Assembly: GCA_000091165.1 (NCBI GenBank)
Contig: FP565575.1
Location: 2,490,001-2,522,000 of the forward strand
Length of the DNA: 32,000 bases
DNA from: Candidatus Methylomirabilis oxygeniifera
Lineage (GTDB): Bacteria; Methylomirabilota; Methylomirabilia; Methylomirabilales; Methylomirabilaceae
Reading direction: 5' to 3'
The position numbers and the translations under genes are program-made. The notes below the pieces were generated by a model, which worked only from the letters and a program-made list of their open reading frames with translations, did not search any database and was not told where the DNA came from. Shown here piece after piece: positions 24,597 to 32,000 of the stretch. How positions within the stretch are numbered: the stretch's first letter is position 1; every line of letters begins with the position of its first letter.

Positions 24597-27500
24597 ATGA
24601 GAGGGAATGCAATGAATACGGAATTCCATAAAATGGATCAAGAGGCGCTGCCGCGGCACACTAATAGGCTGATCCACGAGACCAGCCCCTACCTCCTGCA
24701 GCATGCCCATAACCCGGTGGACTGGTACCCCTGGGGAGAGGAGGCGCTCCGCCGGGCCAGGGAGGAGAACCGTCCGATCCTGCTCAGCATCGGCTACTCC
24801 GCCTGTCACTGGTGCCATGTGATGGCGCATGAGTCGTTCGAGAGCGAGCAGATCGCCGAGCTGATGAACCGGTATTTCGTGTGCATCAAGGTCGATAGGG
24901 AGGAGCGACCCGACCTCGATGCGATCTACATGGCGGCCACGCTGGCCCTGAATCATGGGCAGGGCGGGTGGCCGATGACCGTGTTTCTGACCCCTGACCT
25001 GCAGCCGTTCTTCGCGGGGACCTACTTCCCACCCAGGGATGGGTTGGGCCGCCCGGGATTCCCGACGATCCTAAATCGGGTTGCGCAGGTCTGGCGCGAG
25101 CAGCCCGACGCCCTCCGCACCCAATCGGACAAAATTACTGAAGGCTTGCGCGAGAGTTCTCGCCCCTCCTTGCCTATGCCGGTGGGACGGGCTGAGATCG
25201 CTGCCGCCGTTGCCCACTTCGCGGCAACCTTCGATCCGACCTTTGGCGGGTTCGGCGCCGCCCCCAAGTTCCCCGCAGCAACAGCATTGTCGCTCCTGCT
25301 GCGCCACCACCAACACACCGGGGATGCCCACGCCCTGCAGATGGTGCGGACGACGCTCGACGCCATGGCACGGGGCGGGATCTACGACCAGATCGGCGGC
25401 GGCTTTGCCAGGTACTCGACCGACGAGCGCTGGTTGATCCCCCACTTCGAGAAGATGCTCTACGACAATGCGCTGCTGGCCAGAACCTATCTGGAGGCCT
25501 TCCAGGTGGCCGGCGACCCGTCCTATCGGCAAATCGCGACCGAACTCCTCGACTATATTCTACGCGAGATGACCGCGCTGGAGGGAGGGTTTTACTCGGC
25601 CACCGATGCCGACTCGGAAGGAGTCGAGGGGAAGTTTTATGTCTGGACGCCGGCCGAGATCGAGGCGATTCTGGGGCAGGAGGAGGCACGCCGGTTCTGC
25701 GCCTATTACGACATCACGCCCACCGGCAACTGGGAGGGCAGGTCGATCCCCAATATCCGCCGCACGGCCGCGCAGGTGGCAGCAAAGCTTGGGGTCAGTG
25801 TCGAGGAGCTTGCCGCCTCTATCGATCGGACGCAGCCCAAGGTCTATGAGGCTCGTCGAAAGCGGGTGCCACCCGGACTGGATGACAAGATTCTCACCGC
25901 CTGGAACGGTCTGATGGTCAGCGCGATGGCCGAGGGATACCGTGTCCTCGGCGAACGGCGTCACCTTGACGCCGCCGTTCGCGCGGCCGACTTCTTGCTC
26001 TCTACGCTCCTCCGACCTGACGGTCGGCTGCTCCGGACCTACCGGAGCGGCGTCGCGCATCTGAACGCCTACCTTGAGGATTATGCCTGCCTCTGCGAAG
26101 GGCTGATCGATCTGTACGAGGCGGGCGGCGAAACCCGCTATCTCCGTGAGGCCGTCCGACTAGCCGAGCGTATGCCGGGCGATTTCGCCGATGAAGAGAG
26201 CGGCGCCTTCCACACCACCTCGCGCGATCACGAAACGCTGATCCTGCGCTATCGAGAGGGAACGGATGGCGCCACCCCCAGCGGTAACGCCGTCGCGGCC
26301 TCGGCGCTGACTCGCCTCTCATTTCACCTGAACCGGGAGGAGTGGCGAAGGGCGGCCGAGCAGGCGATCAGCGCGTATGGGCAGCAGATCGCCCGCTATC
26401 CGCACGCCTTCGCCAAGAGCCTCGCCGTCGTGGACCTCCTCCTGGAGGGGCCGGTGGAGCTCTGCCTGATCGGCAACCCGGCAGAGGCGGGGTGTGAGGC
26501 GCTACGCCGGGAGGTTGGGCGTCACTTCATCCCGAACCGGATCATTGCGCATCACGATCCGACCAAAGGCAATCCGCCCGAGCTCCCTCTGCTGAGGGGG
26601 AAGGGGTTAGTCGATGGTCGCGCGGCGCTGTATCTCTGCCGGAACTTTACCTGTCAGGCTCCCATCACTGATCCCGCGCAGGTAGCCGAACTCCTTGGCG
26701 CTGCCGCGCGGCGTGGAGCAGGCGGCAGACGGTCAGCCGTCGGGAGCTTCCTGCAGGGCAGCGCAACGGAGGCCGGCACCGCAGCCTACGCACAACGCTT
26801 CACCCCATCAGGCTACGGGCCGCTCGGAGCAACCGGCCTGAGCGCCAGCAAGCTGGGCTTCGGGGGCTACCGGATCGACGATGAGACGCCCGAGCACACC
26901 GAAGCCCTCGAGCAGGCACTGCGCCATGGCTGCAACCTGATCGACACCTCCACCAACTACACAGATGGCGGCAGCGAGCGGTGCGTCGGCGCCGTCCTGG
27001 GTAAGCTCGCGCGTACCGGAACGCTTAGGCGCGAGGAGGTCATTGTCGTCTCGAAGATCGGCTACGTCCAGGGACAGAACCTGGAGCTGGCCCAGAAGCG
27101 AGAGGCGGAGGACAGGCCGTTTCCAGAGATGGTCAAATATATGGAGGGCTGCTGGCACTGCATACATCCGGAGTTTCTGCGCGATCAGCTTGAACGGTCG
27201 CTCACCCGGCTGCAGATCGAGACCCTCGATGTCTGCCTGCTGCACAATCCTGAGTACTTCCTCTCAGACGCCAGGGCGCGCAGGCGCGGCGACCTGGAGT
27301 CTGCTCGTAACGAGTTCTACCGGCGGCTGCAAGAGGCCTTTCGCTTCTTCGAAAGTCAAGTGGCAGCCGGTACGATCCGATGGTATGGCGTCTCTTCAAA
27401 CACCGTCGTGGCGCCTGCGGCTGATCCGGAGGCGACGTCGCTGACCCGAATGCTGGCCGCCGCGCGAGAGGCTGGTGGGCCGGCCCACCACTTCCGGATC

Positions 27501-27923
27501 CTTCAGCTCCCGATGAATCTGTTCGAGGCGGGCGCGCTTCTCACGCAGAACACCGGACCGGACAATCGGCAGACAGCGCTGGAGGCCGCATCCGGCGCGG
27601 CAATCGGTGCCCTGGTCAACCGGCCGCTCAATGCCATCGTCGGCGACAGGATGGTCCGGCTGGCGGCGAGTTCCAGCCGGCGCGTTCATGACGCGATCTC
27701 GGCGGCTATCGATCCGCTACTCTCTGAGGCGCGACGAGGCGAGAGCCTGTCCCGCAAGGCGCTCTGGGCCCTGGCCAGCACCCCGGGCGTCAGTTGCGTC
27801 CTGAACGGCATGCGCACCCGCGACTATGTTCATGACTCGCTCGGTATCCTGCCCTGGCCTCCGCTCGCTGACGTCATCCCGATCTATCAGGCTGCGCAGG
27901 ACCTCACGCTTCACGAGGTCTAG
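24597..27923 (+). CDS. fusion of DUF255/YyaL-like thioredoxin-domain protein and aldo/keto reductase
   Basis: N-terminal [51 protein letters not shown]; C-terminal [49 protein letters not shown]-like AKR region in one uninterrupted 1108-aa frame. Confidence 0.85.
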   Translation: MRGNAMNTEFHKMDQEALPRHTNRLIHETSPYLLQHAHNPVDWYPWGEEALRRAREENRPILLSIGYSACHWCHVMAHESFESEQIAELMNRYFVCIKVDREERPDLDAIYMAATLALNHGQGGWPMTVFLTPDLQPFFAGTYFPPRDGLGRPGFPTILNRVAQVWREQPDALRTQSDKITEGLRESSRPSLPMPVGRAEIAAAVAHFAATFDPTFGGFGAAPKFPAATALSLLLRHHQHTGDAHALQMVRTTLDAMARGGIYDQIGGGFARYSTDERWLIPHFEKMLYDNALLARTYLEAFQVAGDPSYRQIATELLDYILREMTALEGGFYSATDADSEGVEGKFYVWTPAEIEAILGQEEARRFCAYYDITPTGNWEGRSIPNIRRTAAQVAAKLGVSVEELAASIDRTQPKVYEARRKRVPPGLDDKILTAWNGLMVSAMAEGYRVLGERRHLDAAVRAADFLLSTLLRPDGRLLRTYRSGVAHLNAYLEDYACLCEGLIDLYEAGGETRYLREAVRLAERMPGDFADEESGAFHTTSRDHETLILRYREGTDGATPSGNAVAASALTRLSFHLNREEWRRAAEQAISAYGQQIARYPHAFAKSLAVVDLLLEGPVELCLIGNPAEAGCEALRREVGRHFIPNRIIAHHDPTKGNPPELPLLRGKGLVDGRAALYLCRNFTCQAPITDPAQVAELLGAAARRGAGGRRSAVGSFLQGSATEAGTAAYAQRFTPSGYGPLGATGLSASKLGFGGYRIDDETPEHTEALEQALRHGCNLIDTSTNYTDGGSERCVGAVLGKLARTGTLRREEVIVVSKIGYVQGQNLELAQKREAEDRPFPEMVKYMEGCWHCIHPEFLRDQLERSLTRLQIETLDVCLLHNPEYFLSDARARRRGDLESARNEFYRRLQEAFRFFESQVAAGTIRWYGVSSNTVVAPAADPEATSLTRMLAAAREAGGPAHHFRILQLPMNLFEAGALLTQNTGPDNRQTALEAASGAAIGALVNRPLNAIVGDRMVRLAASSSRRVHDAISAAIDPLLSEARRGESLSRKALWALASTPGVSCVLNGMRTRDYVHDSLGILPWPPLADVIPIYQAAQDLTLHEV

Positions 27924-27997
27924 AGTGCGGCGAGCGCTTGACTTGAGCCGGGTAAGCGGGTAGCCTGTGAAGCTTGAGTGGCAAAGGGGACTTCACG

Positions 27998-28801
27998 ATG
28001 GTGCCTGAGATGCTGACAAAACGGGAACATGCGCTGCCGGGGTATATCCCGCCCCACAAACGGGACAAGCGACGCGCCGACAGTTATTTGAAGACGCTTG
28101 AAACGCGCGCGAAGGAGAAGGTCGCGCTCGAAGCCCAACTGGAGGCGAATCGACTGAAGCGGGCGGAGTTCTGGAAGCAGAACGGCTATGGGTGGCTACT
28201 GCGACTTGATCGTTACGCAACATGGAAAGAGAAACATGCGGCCTATCAGGCGCTCGCGGAAGAGCGGGTGCAGCTCATTGAGAAGCTTCGGCAGAAGACC
28301 CTGGACCTTCACCGTAGCCCTGAGGACAAGGACGGCGACGGTCTGGTCGATACCGATCAATACCCGGATAAGATCGGCCAGAAGAAGGCCAAGCCGGCCT
28401 GGATTGCGTTGGTCGATCCCGGCAACTGCTCCGGGTGCAGTGGCCACGATGTCAAGCCGGGGGAGTGGGTAACGCCGTGTCAATCGGTCTGCCCGGTGGA
28501 TTGCATCTCGCACCTGACGCCCGACCAGGTGAAGTTGCACAGATACGACCGAGGCGTCCATGACAATGTACCGCCCGTTCAGATCCGGTTCGATGAATGT
28601 ATCGGGTGCGACAAATGTTCGCAGGCCTGCTCGCGAGATGCGTGGAACGCCATCACCATGGTGAGGACTGAGAAGCTTGAAGAGTGTTTCGAGATCAAGC
28701 TCACCAATAAATATCCAGGCCGCGCCTCGAACGATATTCATTTCTCTAAACTTGACCAGCTCACCGATGAAGAGTTCGTCGGCCTGTATACAACAGTATG
28801 A
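27998..28801 (+). CDS. 4Fe-4S ferredoxin-like protein with long charged N-terminus and Ca-binding-like loop
   Basis: CSGCSGHDV..CQSVCPVDCI and ECIGCDKCSQACSRDAW cysteine motifs; DKDGDGLVDTDQYPD loop. Confidence 0.75.
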   Translation: MVPEMLTKREHALPGYIPPHKRDKRRADSYLKTLETRAKEKVALEAQLEANRLKRAEFWKQNGYGWLLRLDRYATWKEKHAAYQALAEERVQLIEKLRQKTLDLHRSPEDKDGDGLVDTDQYPDKIGQKKAKPAWIALVDPGNCSGCSGHDVKPGEWVTPCQSVCPVDCISHLTPDQVKLHRYDRGVHDNVPPVQIRFDECIGCDKCSQACSRDAWNAITMVRTEKLEECFEIKLTNKYPGRASNDIHFSKLDQLTDEEFVGLYTTV

Positions 28802-29067
28802 CCGCTGCAAACCGACAGCAGATCGCCGAGATGATCCGGGCCTATGGCCGGGCCACGCCGGTGCTGGAGGAGGAGCGACTGCGATGGCTTACCCAGCTCA
28901 CACCCCAAGAGGCTCGGGCGATCTATGAATCGCTCTATGAGGCGTGGGAGCGGGGGGGGCAGCGCGGGGGGGGCGACTGGGCAACACTGGACCGATGGCG
29001 CCTCGAGACGAAGCTCGCCGTGCGTGAGGCGTTTGCGCGCCTGGCCGCTTCGAGGAGCAAACAGTGA
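28798..29067 (+). CDS. small hypothetical protein, possible antitoxin partner
   Basis: 89-aa charged helical protein overlapping both neighbours by ATGA. Confidence 0.6.
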   Translation: MTAANRQQIAEMIRAYGRATPVLEEERLRWLTQLTPQEARAIYESLYEAWERGGQRGGGDWATLDRWRLETKLAVREAFARLAASRSKQ

Positions 29068-29639
29068 TCCCACCCCTCGAAGCCGCATGGGAGGTCCATA
29101 GGTTTCTGACCAAGCTTGGTTTCCCCTACGCACTGATCGGGGGGCTCGCGGTGCAGTATTGGGGTGAGCCACGACTGACCGTCGATGCGGATGTCACGGT
29201 ATCCGCTCCACTGAACGATCCCGAAACATTTGTGCGTACCCTCATCGAACACTTCCCTTCGCGTATCGATGACCCGATCGCCTTTGCTCGGCGATCCCGA
29301 ATGGTCCTCATCAGGACTTCTAACAACTGCCCGGTGGACGTCTCGCTGGCCCTGCCGGGCTACGAAGACGAGGTCATGCGGCGCGTGGTGAGCTATGAGC
29401 TTGAGCCGGACAAAGCCATCAGATTGTGCTCGGCAGAGGACCTTATTGTCCACAAGGCGGTTGCAAGCCGCCCCCAGGACCTCCGCGATATTGAGGGCGT
29501 GATTGCACGGCGACATAGCGCGCTGGATGTCGCTTACATTCGCCGGTGGCTGACCGAGTTCGCCGACATCCTGGCGGACCCGGAACTGCTGCAACGGTTC
29601 GAACGGCCCTGGCAGCGGCTCCAAACCTTTAATACCTGA
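29064..29639 (+). CDS. nucleotidyltransferase-fold protein (AbiEii/MNT-like)
   Basis: [71 protein letters not shown] match the NTase core used by AbiEii-like toxins. Confidence 0.75.
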   Translation: MIPPLEAAWEVHRFLTKLGFPYALIGGLAVQYWGEPRLTVDADVTVSAPLNDPETFVRTLIEHFPSRIDDPIAFARRSRMVLIRTSNNCPVDVSLALPGYEDEVMRRVVSYELEPDKAIRLCSAEDLIVHKAVASRPQDLRDIEGVIARRHSALDVAYIRRWLTEFADILADPELLQRFERPWQRLQTFNT

Positions 29640-29916
29640 TCCCGAAGCCCTGTTCGCCCTGGGGCTCCCCCCAGACAACCTCAACATTGCTCACCCGCGC
29701 GACGGGCGGCCCGTTCCGACACCAGGCAATCATCGCTTCCACGGCAAGCTGCTCGCCCTCGAACGCTGCCTCGACTCGACCATCCGGCGTATTTCGTACC
29801 CACCCGATAAGACCGGCGGCGGTCGCCTCATCGACCGTGTAGGCACGGAAACAGACACCCTGGACCCGTCCAGAGATCAAGACATGCGCCCTGACGTGCT
29901 TGTGCTCTGTCATCAT
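29629..29916 (-). CDS. acyP: acylphosphatase
   Basis: [46 protein letters not shown]. Confidence 0.92.
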   Translation of the reverse strand: MMTEHKHVRAHVLISGRVQGVCFRAYTVDEATAAGLIGWVRNTPDGRVEAAFEGEQLAVEAMIAWCRNGPPVARVSNVEVVWGEPQGEQGFGIRY

Positions 29917-29923
29917 TCCACCC

Positions 29924-30985
29924 CTAGTCGGAGACCAGCACGCCTTGCGATAGGCGCCGGTAGTAACGGTCCAAAGCCCCGTCGGAACCGATCAACACCA
30001 AGGAGCGCGCCATAATACCGTAGACGGCCCCACGCGAGACCTTAATCACCACGCTCGGGTCCAGCAGATTGGGCGATCGTGCGAGCAGCGCCAGCGTCTT
30101 GAGACCGATAAACAGTGGTAAGACGCAGGCCAGGCGCATCCGGACTTCACGCCGTGGAATCGCCAGGGTATAGGCCCAGCCCTCCTGGTAATGCTCGAGG
30201 GCAAGCGCCAGCAGGGAGTACAGCAACGGCTTGACCTTCGCGATGGCTGACGGGTTGAGCAGGTCGGCAGGTTGCAGACCCAGGGCGTTCAACTCCTGCC
30301 TGGGGAGGTAACAACGGCCGATGCGCAGGTCCTTCGAAAGGTCGCGCAGGACGTTGGTCATCTGAAGCCCCTTCCCGAACCGAACCCCGCGTCGCCTCAT
30401 CACCTCGCGATCCCATCCGGCGAGAGAGGGGCGATGTGCCAGGTGGATATCAGTCCAAAACTCCCCCACGCACCCGGCCACATAGTAGGTGTACCGATCA
30501 AGATCGGCTCGCGTCTCCAGAGAAACGAGGCGCTCCCCATCCTCTCCGGGAAAGGCGGCGAGATCCATGACCATCCCGTCCGTCAGGGTCAGAACCACAT
30601 CGCGGACCATTGTCTGATCGGACGGTGTGAGGGAAAGGAGGATGGCTAACCCCTCCTCAAGGCGGGTGAGCAGCTCTCGCTCGGCCGCATCCCGCTGCCG
30701 TTCCACCAGCACGTTTGTGATTGCCGAGAGTCGTTCGGGCCGTCCTTCCCGGATCACATCGCGAAAGAGTTCAAGGTGCTTCAGGCGGTCGGCGCGGCCG
30801 ATGAGCGCGGTATCGGCAATCGTGTCTGCCGCTCGTGCGAGCAGATACGCAAGGCCGATCGGCCGCCGAAGATCGGCGGGAACTGCTCGAAGGGTCAGAT
30901 AGAATGAGCGGCTGACGCGTTTGAGGAGCGGGCCGAGCAGGTCTTGATTGTGCATCACGGCGGGCGGTTCGGCCAGGCTCACCAC
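29924..30985 (-). CDS. squalene/phytoene synthase family protein
   Basis: [35 protein letters not shown] and [29 protein letters not shown]; start may be 30955. Confidence 0.88.
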   Translation of the reverse strand: MVSLAEPPAVMHNQDLLGPLLKRVSRSFYLTLRAVPADLRRPIGLAYLLARAADTIADTALIGRADRLKHLELFRDVIREGRPERLSAITNVLVERQRDAAERELLTRLEEGLAILLSLTPSDQTMVRDVVLTLTDGMVMDLAAFPGEDGERLVSLETRADLDRYTYYVAGCVGEFWTDIHLAHRPSLAGWDREVMRRRGVRFGKGLQMTNVLRDLSKDLRIGRCYLPRQELNALGLQPADLLNPSAIAKVKPLLYSLLALALEHYQEGWAYTLAIPRREVRMRLACVLPLFIGLKTLALLARSPNLLDPSVVIKVSRGAVYGIMARSLVLIGSDGALDRYYRRLSQGVLVSD

Positions 30986-30994
30986 GGGCGGGGG

Positions 30995-31303
30995 TTAATC
31001 CAGGTCGATGTCGCGGGTGGGCTTGGTCGCAGGTTCATCCTTCGCCTTCTTGAGCAACTCTTTGAACTTCCGCTCCAGGAGCTTCCCTTTTTCCTTCTCC
31101 GCTTCCATCGATTCCTTAAAGCGCGCCTCCCGCCGACCCGCCTCGCCCTTCAGTTCTTCAACCGCGGCCTTCAGGTCAGTGGGGAGCGTCTCCTTGGTCG
31201 GCATCTCATGGTGCAGGACGGCGCCAAGCTCACGGTCTACGGTGAGCCTCGCCTGGCAGCATGGGCAGATCACCTCGATGGCACACTTCGCCTCGTCGCT
31301 CAT
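30995..31303 (-). CDS. small zinc-ribbon-like protein with coiled coil
   Basis: EVICPCCQARLTVD followed by a long charged helix. Confidence 0.55.
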   Translation of the reverse strand: MSDEAKCAIEVICPCCQARLTVDRELGAVLHHEMPTKETLPTDLKAAVEELKGEAGRREARFKESMEAEKEKGKLLERKFKELLKKAKDEPATKPTRDIDLD

Positions 31304-31412
31304 ACTTCACTCCCGAGGGGGCGTAACCACATGAAACACTAGCACACTGCACATACCTTTGCAAAATCGGTCAGCAGGTGTGGCGGGGGGGTGGCTTCAG
31401 GCTCAAAGAGGG

Positions 31413-31754
31413 CTACTCGGCCTTGCGGCTGCGGTACAAGCGAACGTGGACCTTCTCGATGGTGGCCAGACCCTCGGTGATGTCGTCGTCGATCAGGTCA
31501 AGAAATGCCTCGAGCTTCTCGCGGCTGTCGACAATCTCCACGACGACCGGCAGATCGAGCGAGAGCCGTTCGATCTTGAACGTATGGAGTCGGCTATGGG
31601 CGCCGTATCCCATCAGCCCCCGAAGTACCGTCGCCCCGGCCAGCCCTTGTTCACGCGCCTTCAGGATGACCCACTCGTACAGCGGCTTCCCGGAATGGCG
31701 GTCGCTTTCGCCGACGAAGATCCGGAGCAGGTGGCCTTCCTGTGGGAGTGTCAT
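31413..31754 (-). CDS. DUF190 family protein
   Basis: GHLLRIFVGESDRHSGKPLYEWVILKAREQGLAGATVLRGLMGYGAHSRLHTFKIERLSLDLPVVVEIVD. Confidence 0.85.
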   Translation of the reverse strand: MTLPQEGHLLRIFVGESDRHSGKPLYEWVILKAREQGLAGATVLRGLMGYGAHSRLHTFKIERLSLDLPVVVEIVDSREKLEAFLDLIDDDITEGLATIEKVHVRLYRSRKAE

Positions 31755-31758
31755 TGCT

Positions 31759-32000
31759 TCACCTCCAGATGGCGTGCGCCGTCGCCCTGCCGACCCAGAC
31801 CGCCCCAATCGCCAACACCGCGTGGGTCAGCAGATTCATGGCGGCGAACGTCCACTCGCCGTCGCGAAGCAGGTTGACGGTTTCGTTGCCGAAGGTCGAA
31901 AAGGTCGTAAACCCGCCCAGCACACCGATCACAATCAAGGCGCGCGTTTCCGGTGACAGGAAGGCGCGCGCTTCTGCCAGCTCGGACAGGCCTCCGATCA
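31759..32000 (-). CDS. crcB: CrcB-family fluoride channel, C-terminal part, truncated by window edge
   Basis: Minus-strand translation ..IVIGVLGGFTTFSTFGNETVNLLRDGEWTFAAMNLLTHAVLAIGAVWVGRATAHAIWR*. Confidence 0.88.
   Translation of the reverse strand, partial: IGGLSELAEARAFLSPETRALIVIGVLGGFTTFSTFGNETVNLLRDGEWTFAAMNLLTHAVLAIGAVWVGRATAHAIWR

Noticed and set aside
1-32000. CRISPR arrays, tRNA/rRNA genes, transposases, integrases, phage structural genes
   Set aside because: None could be supported on either strand by reading the sequence and ORF track.

Overview
The window has two parts: a small accessory island (about 0.95-6.3 kb) and a long housekeeping/metal-handling region. No tRNA, rRNA, CRISPR array, transposase or integrase was found.

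Left end: the N-terminus of a glycogen branching enzyme and a small secreted protein.

Island: it is bracketed by a ~306-bp direct repeat. The left copy is a frameshifted 5' fragment of the uvrD-like helicase that is intact at 6347-9322. The fragment is joined to the first ~15 codons of an AbiEii-type toxin, leaving an orphan AbiEi antitoxin gene. Next come three minus-strand genes arranged like integron cassettes, with attC-like cores GCCTAAC/GTTAGGC and stop codons inside the core. They encode a multi-TM protein fused to a GT51 peptidoglycan glycosyltransferase domain, an AbiV-like HEPN protein, and an unknown protein. A BrnT/BrnA-like toxin-antitoxin pair follows.

Right of the island: UvrD helicase-nuclease, HAD nucleotidase, RodZ-like protein, CDF transporter, and a cluster of membrane protein + FMN-binding + porin + Tat-ApbE + multicopper oxidase. 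Then an FbpABC-type iron transporter, an alternative-oxidase-like diiron protein, Fur with a Fur-box-like site, GNAT, an alpha/beta hydrolase, a DUF255-aldo/keto reductase fusion, a ferredoxin with a Ca-binding-like motif, a candidate nucleotidyltransferase TA pair, acylphosphatase, squalene/phytoene synthase, DUF190 and CrcB.

Best lead: the integrase-less cassette cluster carrying the TM-GT51 gene beside the AbiV-like gene. All product calls are by eye from the translated sequence; no searches were run.
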